From: Pelagibacteraceae bacterium AG-325-E08 | GTDB taxonomy: Bacteria > Pseudomonadota > Alphaproteobacteria > Pelagibacterales > Pelagibacteraceae | DNA: 64,000 nucleotides | Assembly (NCBI GenBank): GCA_003282985.1 | Contig: QBYE01000003.1 | Span: 1,236 to 65,235 of the forward strand | Reading direction: 5' to 3' | Part shown: piece by piece, positions 52,083 through 61,536 of the stretch | Numbering within the stretch: the first letter of the stretch is position 1 | How the letters are laid out: each line of letters begins with the position of its first letter | The notes under the pieces: model-generated | The model's input: only the letters and a program-made list of their open reading frames with translations | The model's database searches: none | Told to the model about the DNA's origin: nothing | Program-made: the position numbers and the translations under genes

Positions 52083-53542
52083 TATAAAATTTTATCTAAT
52101 ACTTTTGCTGAAGAAAGTACCCCAGGTACGCCAGCTCCTGGATGAGTACCTGCTCCTACAAAATAAAGTCCATCATATATCTCTGACTTATTATGAAATC
52201 TAAAATAAGCTGATTGAGAAAATTTTGGCTGGATTGAAAAACCAGAGCCGTATTTTGTATTTAAATCTTTTTCAAAGTAATCAGGCGTTAAATAAAAATC
52301 TTCAATAATATTTTTTCTTAAATTTGGCATTAAATCCTTTTCCATTTTATCAATTACCAAATCTTTCATTTTCTCTCCTTCAATAGACCAATCAATTTTT
52401 GATTGGTTATTTGGAACTGGAACTAGAACATAAAAACAATCTTGCCCTTCTGGAGCCATAGATTTATCAGTAGCAGACGGTCTATGAAGGTAGTAACTAA
52501 TATCATTATTTAATTTTTTATTATTAAATATGTCATCAAGATGTTCTTTGTATTTATTTCCAAACTTAATAGTATGGTGTTCTATATTTTCATACTTTTT
52601 TTTTGTACCGAAATAATAAACAAATAAACCCATTGAATATTCCATTCTATTTTTTTTCCACTTAAACATAAGGGAATTATTAGAATTTCCATTTAACATT
52701 TTTTCATAAACAGCAGGCGGATCTGCGTTACAAATAACATTATTAGTTTCAATATGAGTTTGATTATCTAATTGAATACCAGTTATTTTATTACCATTAG
52801 AAATAATTTTTTTAACTTCATGACCTTTAATTATTTCTATGCCAACTTCATTCATCAACTTTTCAAATCCCTTTATAATATTTCCTGTTCCACCCATTGA
52901 ATAATGGATGCCCCATTTTTTTTCTAAATATAAGATAAGTCCATAGATAGAGGTTGTAGTAAAAGGATTTCCTCCAACTAAAAGTGGATGCATACTTAAC
53001 ATTCTTCTTAATTTTTCATTTTTTATATAAGACGAAACTAACGAATAAACTGATTTATAACTTTTAAGTTTCAATAGAGCTGGTAGTTGTTGCATCATGA
53101 CTAAAGGTTTATCAAATGGAACATCGGCTAGTTCTGTAAACCCTTTGTCAAAAATTTTTTTCGTAAAGTTAACTAATTTTTCATAACCTATAACATCATC
53201 TTTACTCATTTCTGCAATTTGACTTTTCATCTCGTTTTCATTACCTGAATAGTTAAATTTAGAATTATCCTCAAAAACAAATTGATACCAAACCTTAAGC
53301 GGAGATAATTTAATATAATTTTTTGGATCTTTTTCAAATAATTCAAATAATTCATTTATTAGGTATGGTGCTGTAATAACTGTTGGGCCACCATCATAGA
53401 TAAATCCATTTTTTTTAAATACCCTTGCTCTCCCTCCAAGGTCAGGATGTTTTTCAATTAAAGTAACATTGCGGCCTTTAGCTTTTAGACGAAGTGCAGC
53501 AGCTATGCCTCCAAACCCAGAACCTATTACAACGGAATTCAT
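52082..53542 (-). CDS. crtI: Phytoene desaturase
   Basis: GSGFGG, GGRA, DGGPTVIT, PLLVGGNP, VGAGTHPGAGVPGV. Confidence 0.95.
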   Translation of the reverse strand: MNSVVIGSGFGGIAAALRLKAKGRNVTLIEKHPDLGGRARVFKKNGFIYDGGPTVITAPYLINELFELFEKDPKNYIKLSPLKVWYQFVFEDNSKFNYSGNENEMKSQIAEMSKDDVIGYEKLVNFTKKIFDKGFTELADVPFDKPLVMMQQLPALLKLKSYKSVYSLVSSYIKNEKLRRMLSMHPLLVGGNPFTTTSIYGLILYLEKKWGIHYSMGGTGNIIKGFEKLMNEVGIEIIKGHEVKKIISNGNKITGIQLDNQTHIETNNVICNADPPAVYEKMLNGNSNNSLMFKWKKNRMEYSMGLFVYYFGTKKKYENIEHHTIKFGNKYKEHLDDIFNNKKLNNDISYYLHRPSATDKSMAPEGQDCFYVLVPVPNNQSKIDWSIEGEKMKDLVIDKMEKDLMPNLRKNIIEDFYLTPDYFEKDLNTKYGSGFSIQPKFSQSAYFRFHNKSEIYDGLYFVGAGTHPGAGVPGVLSSAKVLDKIL

Positions 53543-53581
53543 TGTTATAATTTATAGTTTTTTTAAAGAATTGTAAGGTTA

Positions 53582-54079
53582 TTATGAGTTAATTTTTTTT
53601 AACTCTTCTTTAGTTTCATCTAAATTTTTTTGGAATAGCGCATCAAGTTTAGACTTATCAACAGAAGTAGTGATAATTTTTTTAACAGAATCCACAGCAA
53701 TTTTAATTGAAGTATCCTTAATTTCTTTAATAGCTGCTTCTTTCATTTGACTTATTTTATTTTCAGCAAGATTTTTTTTGATTTCAGAAGTTTTATGGAA
53801 CTTATCATTAAGCTCAATTACCATTTTATCGCTGTCTCTTTTAGCTTGTTCTAAAATTTCATCACTCACATTTTGAGCAGTATCTAATTTTTTTTGAGCT
53901 TTATCTAATAATGTTTTAGCTTCAGTTCTTAATTTTTCACTTTCATTAATTTCATTTTTTATATCAGATATTAATTTATTTAGAATTTCATTTACTTTTT
54001 GGGGGACCTTTAAATATACAAGTGCTCCAAAAAAAATAACGAAAGAAACTGCTACCCAAAAAGTAGAATCAATTACCAT
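53582..54079 (-). CDS. atpF: ATP synthase F0 subunit b
   Basis: TFWVAVSF.IF single TM followed by a charged helix; start MVID (54079) preferred. Confidence 0.88.
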   Translation of the reverse strand: MVIDSTFWVAVSFVIFFGALVYLKVPQKVNEILNKLISDIKNEINESEKLRTEAKTLLDKAQKKLDTAQNVSDEILEQAKRDSDKMVIELNDKFHKTSEIKKNLAENKISQMKEAAIKEIKDTSIKIAVDSVKKIITTSVDKSKLDALFQKNLDETKEELKKINS

Positions 54080-54659
54080 AATACTTATCTCCATTTTTTT
54101 TTGATAAATCATCTACTATTGCAGAAATACTACTATTATTTATCTCAGCTCCAATCAGTTTTTTCACTAGCTCTGAAGACGCTTCAATTGCAATTTTGTT
54201 AATTTTTTCTGGAGCACTTTTCTTGACTACTTCGATTTCTTTTTCCGCTTTTTTAATTTCCTCGTTAATTTGATTTTCCAGGGTTTCTTTTTTATTATTT
54301 ATATCCTTAATTACTTTTTCTCTTGAGTCTTTAAAAATATTTTTTGCCTCTAACTTACTTTTAAAAATAATATCATCGTATTCTTTAAGTTTAGACTCGC
54401 TATCTTTCCTCTGTTTTTCTGCGGCCTCAATATTATCTTGTATTTGAGATTTTCTTAACTCTAAATTAGCACTTATTTTAGGTAATATAAGTTTTGATAA
54501 AACTATATAAAGAATTCCAAAAGTTAGTGTAAGCCAGAATATTTGTGAAATCCAAAATTCAGGGTTTAATTGAGGCATACCTCCACTTTCAGCAGCAAAA
54601 ACTTCTTTAAAAAAAAAGAAATTAAAAAAAATCGACTGAAAAAAAATTTTTTTAATCAT
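54069..54659 (-). CDS. atpF2: ATP synthase F0 subunit b'
   Basis: GMPQL....SQIFWL...FG.LY....LP.I...L..R pattern. Confidence 0.85.
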   Translation of the reverse strand: MIKKIFFQSIFFNFFFFKEVFAAESGGMPQLNPEFWISQIFWLTLTFGILYIVLSKLILPKISANLELRKSQIQDNIEAAEKQRKDSESKLKEYDDIIFKSKLEAKNIFKDSREKVIKDINNKKETLENQINEEIKKAEKEIEVVKKSAPEKINKIAIEASSELVKKLIGAEINNSSISAIVDDLSKKNGDKYYGN

Positions 54660-54664
54660 TAAAT

Positions 54665-54892
54665 TTAAAATGCAAATAGAATAATTAACGCTACTACCAA
54701 TCCAAATAATCCTGTTGCTTCTGCTAAAGCAAAACCTAAAAGCAAATTAGGAAATTGTTTTTGTGCTGCAGATGGATTTCTCATCGCTCCAGACAAATAA
54801 TTTCCAAAAATTATTCCAATTCCCACTCCGGCACCAGCTAGAGCTATTGCTGCTAAACCTGCTCCGATCATTTTTGCTGCTTCTAATTCCAT
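54665..54892 (-). CDS. atpE: ATP synthase F0 subunit c
   Basis: GAG.GIG, RNP, FALAEATG proton-binding Glu. Confidence 0.98.
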   Translation of the reverse strand: MELEAAKMIGAGLAAIALAGAGVGIGIIFGNYLSGAMRNPSAAQKQFPNLLLGFALAEATGLFGLVVALIILFAF

Positions 54893-54910
54893 TATATCCT
54901 CCTATGTTGT

Positions 54911-55645
54911 TTAATGGTGTAAGTTTAATGCATCATTTAAATAGATGCAGGTTAAGATTGCAAAAACATATGCTTGAAGAAAAGCAACTAAGATCTCCAA
55001 ACCTGTTAAAGCAACCGAAAAACTCAGTGGAAGCCATCCACCGACAATTCCGAGGCTTATTACAAAGCCTCCGAAAACTTTCATCATAGTATGTCCGGCC
55101 ATCATATTTGCAAACAGTCTTACAGATAAACTAATTGGTCGACTTAAATACGATATAATTTCTATAACCACTATTAAAGGGAGCAGTATAACTGGCACTC
55201 CACTAGGAACAAACAATTTTAAGTAACCAAAGCCATGCTTTATAAATCCAATTACTGTTACCCCAATAAAAATAAATGAAGCTAGTACAAAAGTTACTAT
55301 TATATGGCTTGTAACAGTGAAAGTGTATGGGATCATGCCAAACATATTACAGAAAAGTACAAACATAAATAATGAAAAAATAAATGAAAAATATGGTTTT
55401 GCTTTTGAACCCGCGGTGTCACTAATCATTTTAGAAACAAAAGAGTAGCTAAGTTCAGCTAACAGCTGAATTTTATTTGGCAATATCGAATTTTTTTTTG
55501 AACCCAAATTGAAAATTATCAAAATTGCTAAAGAGCTAATAGCCATAAATAAACTTGCATTGGTAAAAGAAATGTCAAATGTACCTATTTTAATTTCTGG
55601 ACCAATTCTATAAACTTCGAATTGTGTCATTGGATTTGCTGCCAT
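54911..55645 (-). CDS. atpB: ATP synthase F0 subunit a
   Basis: SFTNAS, SLSVRLFANM.AGH, LQAYVF. Confidence 0.97.
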   Translation of the reverse strand: MAANPMTQFEVYRIGPEIKIGTFDISFTNASLFMAISSLAILIIFNLGSKKNSILPNKIQLLAELSYSFVSKMISDTAGSKAKPYFSFIFSLFMFVLFCNMFGMIPYTFTVTSHIIVTFVLASFIFIGVTVIGFIKHGFGYLKLFVPSGVPVILLPLIVVIEIISYLSRPISLSVRLFANMMAGHTMMKVFGGFVISLGIVGGWLPLSFSVALTGLEILVAFLQAYVFAILTCIYLNDALNLHH

Positions 55646-55655
55646 AAGTTTTTAT

Positions 55656-55931
55656 CTATTTTTGCATATTTTTAGCAGATTTGACTACATTTGTTATTCC
55701 AGCAATCACACCTACAAAAAAAAATATTAAAATTAACCATGGTTTAGTACCAAAGGTCTTGTCTAAAATAAACCCAATAATTGTCCCTACTGCTACTGCT
55801 GACACTAATTCAGTACTCAGCTTAAAAGCAGTGCCAATTGAAGACGGATTACGTTTCTTGTCCTCTAAATTTCTCCTAGAAACCTTCTTTTTTGCAATCT
55901 CTAAGCGAGTTTTAAACGGATCTTTAGACAT
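55656..55931 (-). CDS. atpI: ATP synthase protein I (AtpZ/AtpI family)
   Basis: ELVS.V.VG..IG..LD..FGT.PW; first gene of the F0 cluster. Confidence 0.88.
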   Translation of the reverse strand: MSKDPFKTRLEIAKKKVSRRNLEDKKRNPSSIGTAFKLSTELVSAVAVGTIIGFILDKTFGTKPWLILIFFFVGVIAGITNVVKSAKNMQK

Positions 55932-55944
55932 TTTGTTTATTTAT

Positions 55945-58341
55945 TTAGGCAACCATACTTTCTGCTTTTTGTAAATCAACAGCAACTAATTGGCTAATAC
56001 CTTTTTCGGGCATTGTAACACCATACAGTCTGTTCATTTTAGACATGGTTAAAGCATGGTGGGTTACAATAATAAATTTTGTATTTGTAATTTTTATAAG
56101 TTCTTCGAGCAAGCTACAGAATCTTGTGACATTGGCATCATCTAGTGGAGCATCTACTTCATCTAGCACACAAATTGGTGAAGGATTTGTTAAAAAAACA
56201 GCAAAAATTAGTGATAGTGCTGTTAGAGCTTGTTCACCACCAGACAACAAAGTTATCGATTGAAGTCTTTTTCCAGGAGGACTTACTAACATTTCTAAAC
56301 CAGCTTCAAGTGGGTCTTCGGAATCAACTAATTCTAACTTAGCATTTCCACCATTAAAGAGTTTTGTATAAACTTCATTGAATTTTCTATTTACTTTTTC
56401 AAAAGCTTCAATTAATCGCTCTCTACCTTTTTGGTTTAATTCTTTAATACTATCTTTAAGTTTAACAATTGCACTCACCAGATCGGCACGATCTTGTTCC
56501 ATCTTTTTAATTTCAGACTCATATTTGTTGGTTTCTTCATCAGCTTTTAAATTAACTGATCCTAATTTCTCTCTTTCCTGTCTTTTTTTATCAAGTAAAT
56601 CCTCTTGATTAACAGCATCAGGAAGATCTTCGGCTCCATACAGATTCGAATTCTCTAAAATATTTTCCTCAGTTAAATTTAGTTCAGAAGTTATTCTATC
56701 AATCAAATCGCTTTTTCTTTTTTGGAGACCTTCAATTGTTGCTCCAGAACTTGCTTTTCTTTCTCGAATTTGAATAGATTGTTCTTGAACCTCATTTAGT
56801 TGTGCTCGTAGAGTATCTATTTTTTCATCTGTAGAATGAATTATAGACTCATTATCTTCTTTTTCTTTTTCAGAAATCCTTAGACCTTCCGAAATTTGAC
56901 CTTTCTTTTCAGCTTGTAATTTTGGTTGATTATCTAATTTTTCCAACTGCAAATTCAATCTATTTTTTCTGTCGGTAAGCTCAGAAACCATTTTTTCAGA
57001 ATTTGATAATAAATTTTTCCAACTCTCAATTTCCTTATCTATAATGCTTATTCTCTCGTTTCTTTTTACAGAATCTTTTTTTATATTTTGGTTTTTACTA
57101 TAACTATCCGCATATTCCTCGATAATTAATTGACAGTTTTCTAAAACAACTATTGCTTCACTATTTTTTTGCAATTTAATTAATTCCTTAACTTTATCAA
57201 TTTCTTTTCTTAATTTATTTTTTGAATTATCTAAATCCTCATTAGATTTTTTTTCAGTATCATAATATTTAGAGTCAATTTCAATAAGTTCACTTTTTTC
57301 CTCTTTAAGTCTTTTTTCATTTGAATTTGCATCAATGACAATTCCCTTTTCTCTATTGATATCTTCATCGAATGTTCTAAGAGACTTTTTTATATTTTCT
57401 ATTTCATCTTGAATTCTTGTATTTTCTTCATCAAGTCCCTGCAATTCCAAATTAAGCCTTTGTATTTTTGAGAGATTTTCTATGTTTTTTTCTCTTAAAG
57501 GATTTACTTTTTCAGTTTGAGTTTTTATAAAGTTTTCAATCTTTGAAATTTTTTCATTAAAACCGCTCACTTCTCCTTCTGCTTCAGTATTAATTTCATT
57601 TTCAATTTTAATTTCTTTGTCAATTTCTAATAATTTTAAATAATATAAACCTGCCTCTATCTTTTTAATCTCATCAGACATATTTTTATATTTAGTAGCC
57701 TCTTCAGCTTGTTTTTGAAGATTAGCTAGTTGTTTTTCTTGTTGTCTTCTAAGCTCATCAGCTCTTTTTAAATTATTTTCAGCAGCACTTAATCTCAGTT
57801 CCGCCTCATGTCTTCTAACATGTAAACCAGATATTCCTGCAGCCTCCTCTAAAATAGCTCTTCTATCTGTTGGTTTTGCAGTTACTAAAGCACCTATACG
57901 TCCTTGGCTGATCATAGAGGGTGAGTGTGCGCCGGTTGATAAATCAGCAAAAAACATCTGTGCATCTCTTGCTCTTACCTCTTTATTATTTATATAGAAT
58001 TTAGACCCTTTATCTTTTTCAATTTTTCTTCTAACACTTATTTCATCTAAGTCTCTAAACTGAACAGGACCTTCATTATTTTCATTTGCCACAGTGACTG
58101 AAACCTCAGCAATGTTTTTTGATGTTTTGTTTGAGGTACCAGAAAATATTACATCTTCCATACCTGAACCTCTCATGCTTTTGGCAGACGTTTCTCCCAT
58201 AACCCATCTTAGAGACTCTACAATATTAGATTTACCACAACCATTGGGGCCAACAATTCCTGTTAAACCGTCTTCAATTAAAAAGTTGGTTTTATCAGCA
58301 AAAGATTTAAACCCATTTAATTGGATTTTTTTAAACTCCAT
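55945..58341 (-). CDS. smc: Chromosome segregation protein SMC (short, apparently hinge-less)
   Basis: GFKSF, GPNGCGKSN, SQG, EEAAGI, LSGGE, LDEVDAPLD, VTH; only 798 aa. Confidence 0.9.
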   Translation of the reverse strand: MEFKKIQLNGFKSFADKTNFLIEDGLTGIVGPNGCGKSNIVESLRWVMGETSAKSMRGSGMEDVIFSGTSNKTSKNIAEVSVTVANENNEGPVQFRDLDEISVRRKIEKDKGSKFYINNKEVRARDAQMFFADLSTGAHSPSMISQGRIGALVTAKPTDRRAILEEAAGISGLHVRRHEAELRLSAAENNLKRADELRRQQEKQLANLQKQAEEATKYKNMSDEIKKIEAGLYYLKLLEIDKEIKIENEINTEAEGEVSGFNEKISKIENFIKTQTEKVNPLREKNIENLSKIQRLNLELQGLDEENTRIQDEIENIKKSLRTFDEDINREKGIVIDANSNEKRLKEEKSELIEIDSKYYDTEKKSNEDLDNSKNKLRKEIDKVKELIKLQKNSEAIVVLENCQLIIEEYADSYSKNQNIKKDSVKRNERISIIDKEIESWKNLLSNSEKMVSELTDRKNRLNLQLEKLDNQPKLQAEKKGQISEGLRISEKEKEDNESIIHSTDEKIDTLRAQLNEVQEQSIQIRERKASSGATIEGLQKRKSDLIDRITSELNLTEENILENSNLYGAEDLPDAVNQEDLLDKKRQEREKLGSVNLKADEETNKYESEIKKMEQDRADLVSAIVKLKDSIKELNQKGRERLIEAFEKVNRKFNEVYTKLFNGGNAKLELVDSEDPLEAGLEMLVSPPGKRLQSITLLSGGEQALTALSLIFAVFLTNPSPICVLDEVDAPLDDANVTRFCSLLEELIKITNTKFIIVTHHALTMSKMNRLYGVTMPEKGISQLVAVDLQKAESMVA

Positions 58342-58349
58342 GAATTAAC

Positions 58350-58925
58350 TTATATCAGTTTTTCTAGAGATTTTTTTAAATTTTTATAATTTAGAGATTT
58401 TTCAAACTTTTTATTGTTGATAATTATCGTAGGAGTAGCATTTACTTTAAATTTTTTTGTTCCTTCGATTCGATCATTTAAAACAAAATCTTCAATTTCT
58501 TGATTATTAATGCATTTTTCAAAGTCAATATTAAAACCTTCTTTTTCAATAAATTTTTTAAGATTATCATTTACTTCCTCTATTGTGCTTCCTTTCACCC
58601 AGACTTGTTGATTAGAATATAAACTCTCTAAAATTTTTAAACTATGACCTTGATTGCATTGAGAAATTTTTGAAGCATTAAAAGCAGCAATATCGAGAGG
58701 AAAATGTCTAAACTCTATTTTAGCTAATCCAGTATCAATATAATCTTTTTTTAGTCGAGGATAAACATCCTTATGAAAATCAGCACAATGACTGCAAGTT
58801 AAAGACTCATATGCAATTATGGTAATTTTTGCATTTATATTTCCTGATACTATCCGTTTAGTTTCTGCACTAGTACTTATTGTAGTTACAAAATATAAAA
58901 TAAGAGTAATTATAATTTTTTTCAT
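58350..58925 (-). CDS. DsbA-family thiol-disulfide oxidoreductase
   Basis: YESLTCSHCADFH, FRHFPLD, V.ATPT; signal peptide. Confidence 0.9.
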   Translation of the reverse strand: MKKIIITLILYFVTTISTSAETKRIVSGNINAKITIIAYESLTCSHCADFHKDVYPRLKKDYIDTGLAKIEFRHFPLDIAAFNASKISQCNQGHSLKILESLYSNQQVWVKGSTIEEVNDNLKKFIEKEGFNIDFEKCINNQEIEDFVLNDRIEGTKKFKVNATPTIIINNKKFEKSLNYKNLKKSLEKLI

Positions 58926-59410
58926 TTTTCTTTAAAAACTTTCGTTAATTCTAGTAAAGATTTTTTAATTTTTTCATTTTTAATATTACTAATTTTGTCC
59001 TTAAATTTATAATTTGTCACATTTAAATTTGAATCACTTTTTTCCATTACAATTTTTCTCTCATCATAAAAACTAGTTAATTTAATATTCTCAACTACTT
59101 GATCTCCAAAAAAAGTGTTCATTCTAGTAATGATCTCTTTTTTTGAATATTCTAAATCAACCTCATTACCCCTTCTTACCATTACTGTTAAAGTGTTAAC
59201 ACCAAACTTATTAAATTTTTTATACGATTTTGGATAGCAGACTTTAAATAAATTTTCTCCTACAATATGCTTCCAATTATTTAAAGTTTCAGAATAAATT
59301 TGACCTTTTTTACTTATAAACTTTTTGATATTTTTTGGCAAAGTGTCTTTGAAGGATCTTAATCCTTGAATGCTTCCGTTTCTCTGCTTAGTATATTTTT
59401 TAAATTGCAT
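58922..59410 (-). CDS. DUF721/DciA-like protein
   Basis: W..IVG..L...C.P, L.V, I..R.N.FFG...V..I pattern; typical mutY/DUF721/dsbA/smc context. Confidence 0.7.
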   Translation of the reverse strand: MQFKKYTKQRNGSIQGLRSFKDTLPKNIKKFISKKGQIYSETLNNWKHIVGENLFKVCYPKSYKKFNKFGVNTLTVMVRRGNEVDLEYSKKEIITRMNTFFGDQVVENIKLTSFYDERKIVMEKSDSNLNVTNYKFKDKISNIKNEKIKKSLLELTKVFKEK

Positions 59411-60391
59411 ATGAAAGATCAATTAGTAACAAAAAAAATTCTTAAATGGTACGATTTAAATAAAAGATCATTACCGTGGCGAAAAAATGTTTCTTTTCAA
59501 AAAAGACAGTATTACACGTTAGTAAGTGAATTTATGTTACAACAAACACAGGTTGCAACAGTTATTCCTTATTTTAATCGATTTATAAAAGATATCCCAA
59601 ATTTAAAAGCTCTTTCAAAGGTCCAGAACAAAAAATTAATAAAATTATGGGAAGGACTTGGATATTATTCTAGAGTTAGAAATCTAAAAAAAACTGCACA
59701 AAAAATTATTAAAAACTTTAATGGAAAGTTGCCTGATAATTTTGAAAATTTGATATCGCTTCCTGGGATAGGAAACTATACTGCAAGTGCAATTTTATCA
59801 ATTGCATTTGATAAACCTTACATTCCATTGGATGGAAATATAGAAAGAGTTCTAAAGCGATATTTGTATTTAAAAAAAGATAGAGATATTCAAAAAGATA
59901 ATCTTATAAAAAAAAAATCAATATTTGGAACGTCATCAAGACCCAGTGATTATGCTCAAGCTTTGATGGAATTAGGAGCATTAATTTGTAAACCAACCAA
60001 TCCTTTATGTCATCGATGTCCTATTTCAAAGAAGTGTAAGTCGTTACTTAAAAAAGATTTTGATTTAACAAAAAAAAATAAAAAAAACATAAACAAGTAC
60101 TTTCTTTTAAAAGTTTATAAAAAAAATCAAAGATATTTACTGATTAAAAATACTAAGTTTAATTTTTTAAAAAATTTGACAATCTTTCCAATGGAAGAGT
60201 TATCAAAACCAAAAAATTTTGATGAAAATTTAAACTTTAAAATGTCAAATATGAACATGAATATAAAAATTAAATATTTGAAAAATACCAGAAAATTTCA
60301 ATCACCTTATTGGATAAATGAAAAAAAATTAGATAATTACATGCTACCATCATTTACAAAAAAAATTGTGAAATATTTAATGAGAAATTAA
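59411..60391 (+). CDS. mutY: A/G-specific adenine glycosylase
   Basis: R.LPWR, SEFMLQQTQV, WEGLGYYSR, LPGIGNYTA, DGN, CKPTNPLCHRCP....C Fe-S motif. Confidence 0.93.
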   Translation: MKDQLVTKKILKWYDLNKRSLPWRKNVSFQKRQYYTLVSEFMLQQTQVATVIPYFNRFIKDIPNLKALSKVQNKKLIKLWEGLGYYSRVRNLKKTAQKIIKNFNGKLPDNFENLISLPGIGNYTASAILSIAFDKPYIPLDGNIERVLKRYLYLKKDRDIQKDNLIKKKSIFGTSSRPSDYAQALMELGALICKPTNPLCHRCPISKKCKSLLKKDFDLTKKNKKNINKYFLLKVYKKNQRYLLIKNTKFNFLKNLTIFPMEELSKPKNFDENLNFKMSNMNMNIKIKYLKNTRKFQSPYWINEKKLDNYMLPSFTKKIVKYLMRN

Positions 60392-61536
60392 TGAAAAAAA
60401 TAGCGATCATAGGTGCTGGAATTTCAGGATTATTCATTACTAATTTATTCAAAAAAAATCCTAATTATCAAATTACAATCTATGAAAAAAATACCTCAAT
60501 TAATTTAGATGAGGGTTTTGGTGTACAATTATCAGTTAACAGTATCAAACTTTTAAATAAAATTGGATTTGAAAAATTAGATAATAATGAAAAATTTACT
60601 CCAGAAAAAATCAATTTTTATTCTGATAAAAGTTTAGATAAAATATGTGAGTTAGATATCACAGAATTTAATTCAGAAGATTGTAAGTATACCACTTTAA
60701 AAAGATCATCTTTAATAAATTTTTTAAAAACAGATTTGGAAGGCTTCATAAGGACTGGCTGTAACATTTCAAAAATAGACCAAAAAGACGAAAAAATTAA
60801 ACTTTCTTTCGAAAATGCTGAAGTAAAAGAATGTGATTATTTAATTATTTCTGACGGAGTTTTTTCAAAAAGTAAAAGTCTTATGTCTAAAGATGAGGCA
60901 AAACCCAAATATAATAATACATTAGCAATTAGAGGTATCTTGAATAAATCCCCTAAAAATATTGATATTAAAAATATTGCTTTATTTTTAGGCTCAGACT
61001 TTCATCATGTAATTTATCCAGTCAATCAAAATGGAGACTTAAATTTTATAGCCATAATGAAATACCAACTCTCAATAGAAGAACAAAAAAATTACTCATT
61101 ATTTAGTGATAATTCATTTATCAAAAAAGTATTAGAAAAATTTCCCTCAAGAAATAAAAACTTTTTAGATGATCTAAAAGAATTAAAAATATTTCCTGTA
61201 TATGTAAGTGAAAATTTCTATAAATTACAAAATAATAATATTCATTTTATTGGTGATGCTTTTTTTGCTTTTCCGCCATCATTTGCTCAGGGCGCGTCAC
61301 AGTCTATAGAAGGTGCCTATGATTTATTTAAAAGTATCGAAAATAGTACAGAAAGTAATTTTTTTAAGAATAGAGTTAACAAAACAAAAATGGTTAATTT
61401 CAGATCAAAATTTAATCAGTTTGCTTTTCATTTATCTAATCCTTTAATAATTTTTTTTAGAAACATCTTTCTTAAAAGATTGGTTAAAAACAAAAAGTTT
61501 TTAGAATCTTACTTGGGAAAAGTGTATAGAAATTAA
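60391..61536 (+). CDS. FAD-dependent monooxygenase (salicylate hydroxylase-like)
   Basis: GAGISG, G.GVQLS.N, SDGVFS (DG motif), GDA....P..AQGA (GD motif). Confidence 0.82.
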   Translation: MKKIAIIGAGISGLFITNLFKKNPNYQITIYEKNTSINLDEGFGVQLSVNSIKLLNKIGFEKLDNNEKFTPEKINFYSDKSLDKICELDITEFNSEDCKYTTLKRSSLINFLKTDLEGFIRTGCNISKIDQKDEKIKLSFENAEVKECDYLIISDGVFSKSKSLMSKDEAKPKYNNTLAIRGILNKSPKNIDIKNIALFLGSDFHHVIYPVNQNGDLNFIAIMKYQLSIEEQKNYSLFSDNSFIKKVLEKFPSRNKNFLDDLKELKIFPVYVSENFYKLQNNNIHFIGDAFFAFPPSFAQGASQSIEGAYDLFKSIENSTESNFFKNRVNKTKMVNFRSKFNQFAFHLSNPLIIFFRNIFLKRLVKNKKFLESYLGKVYRN

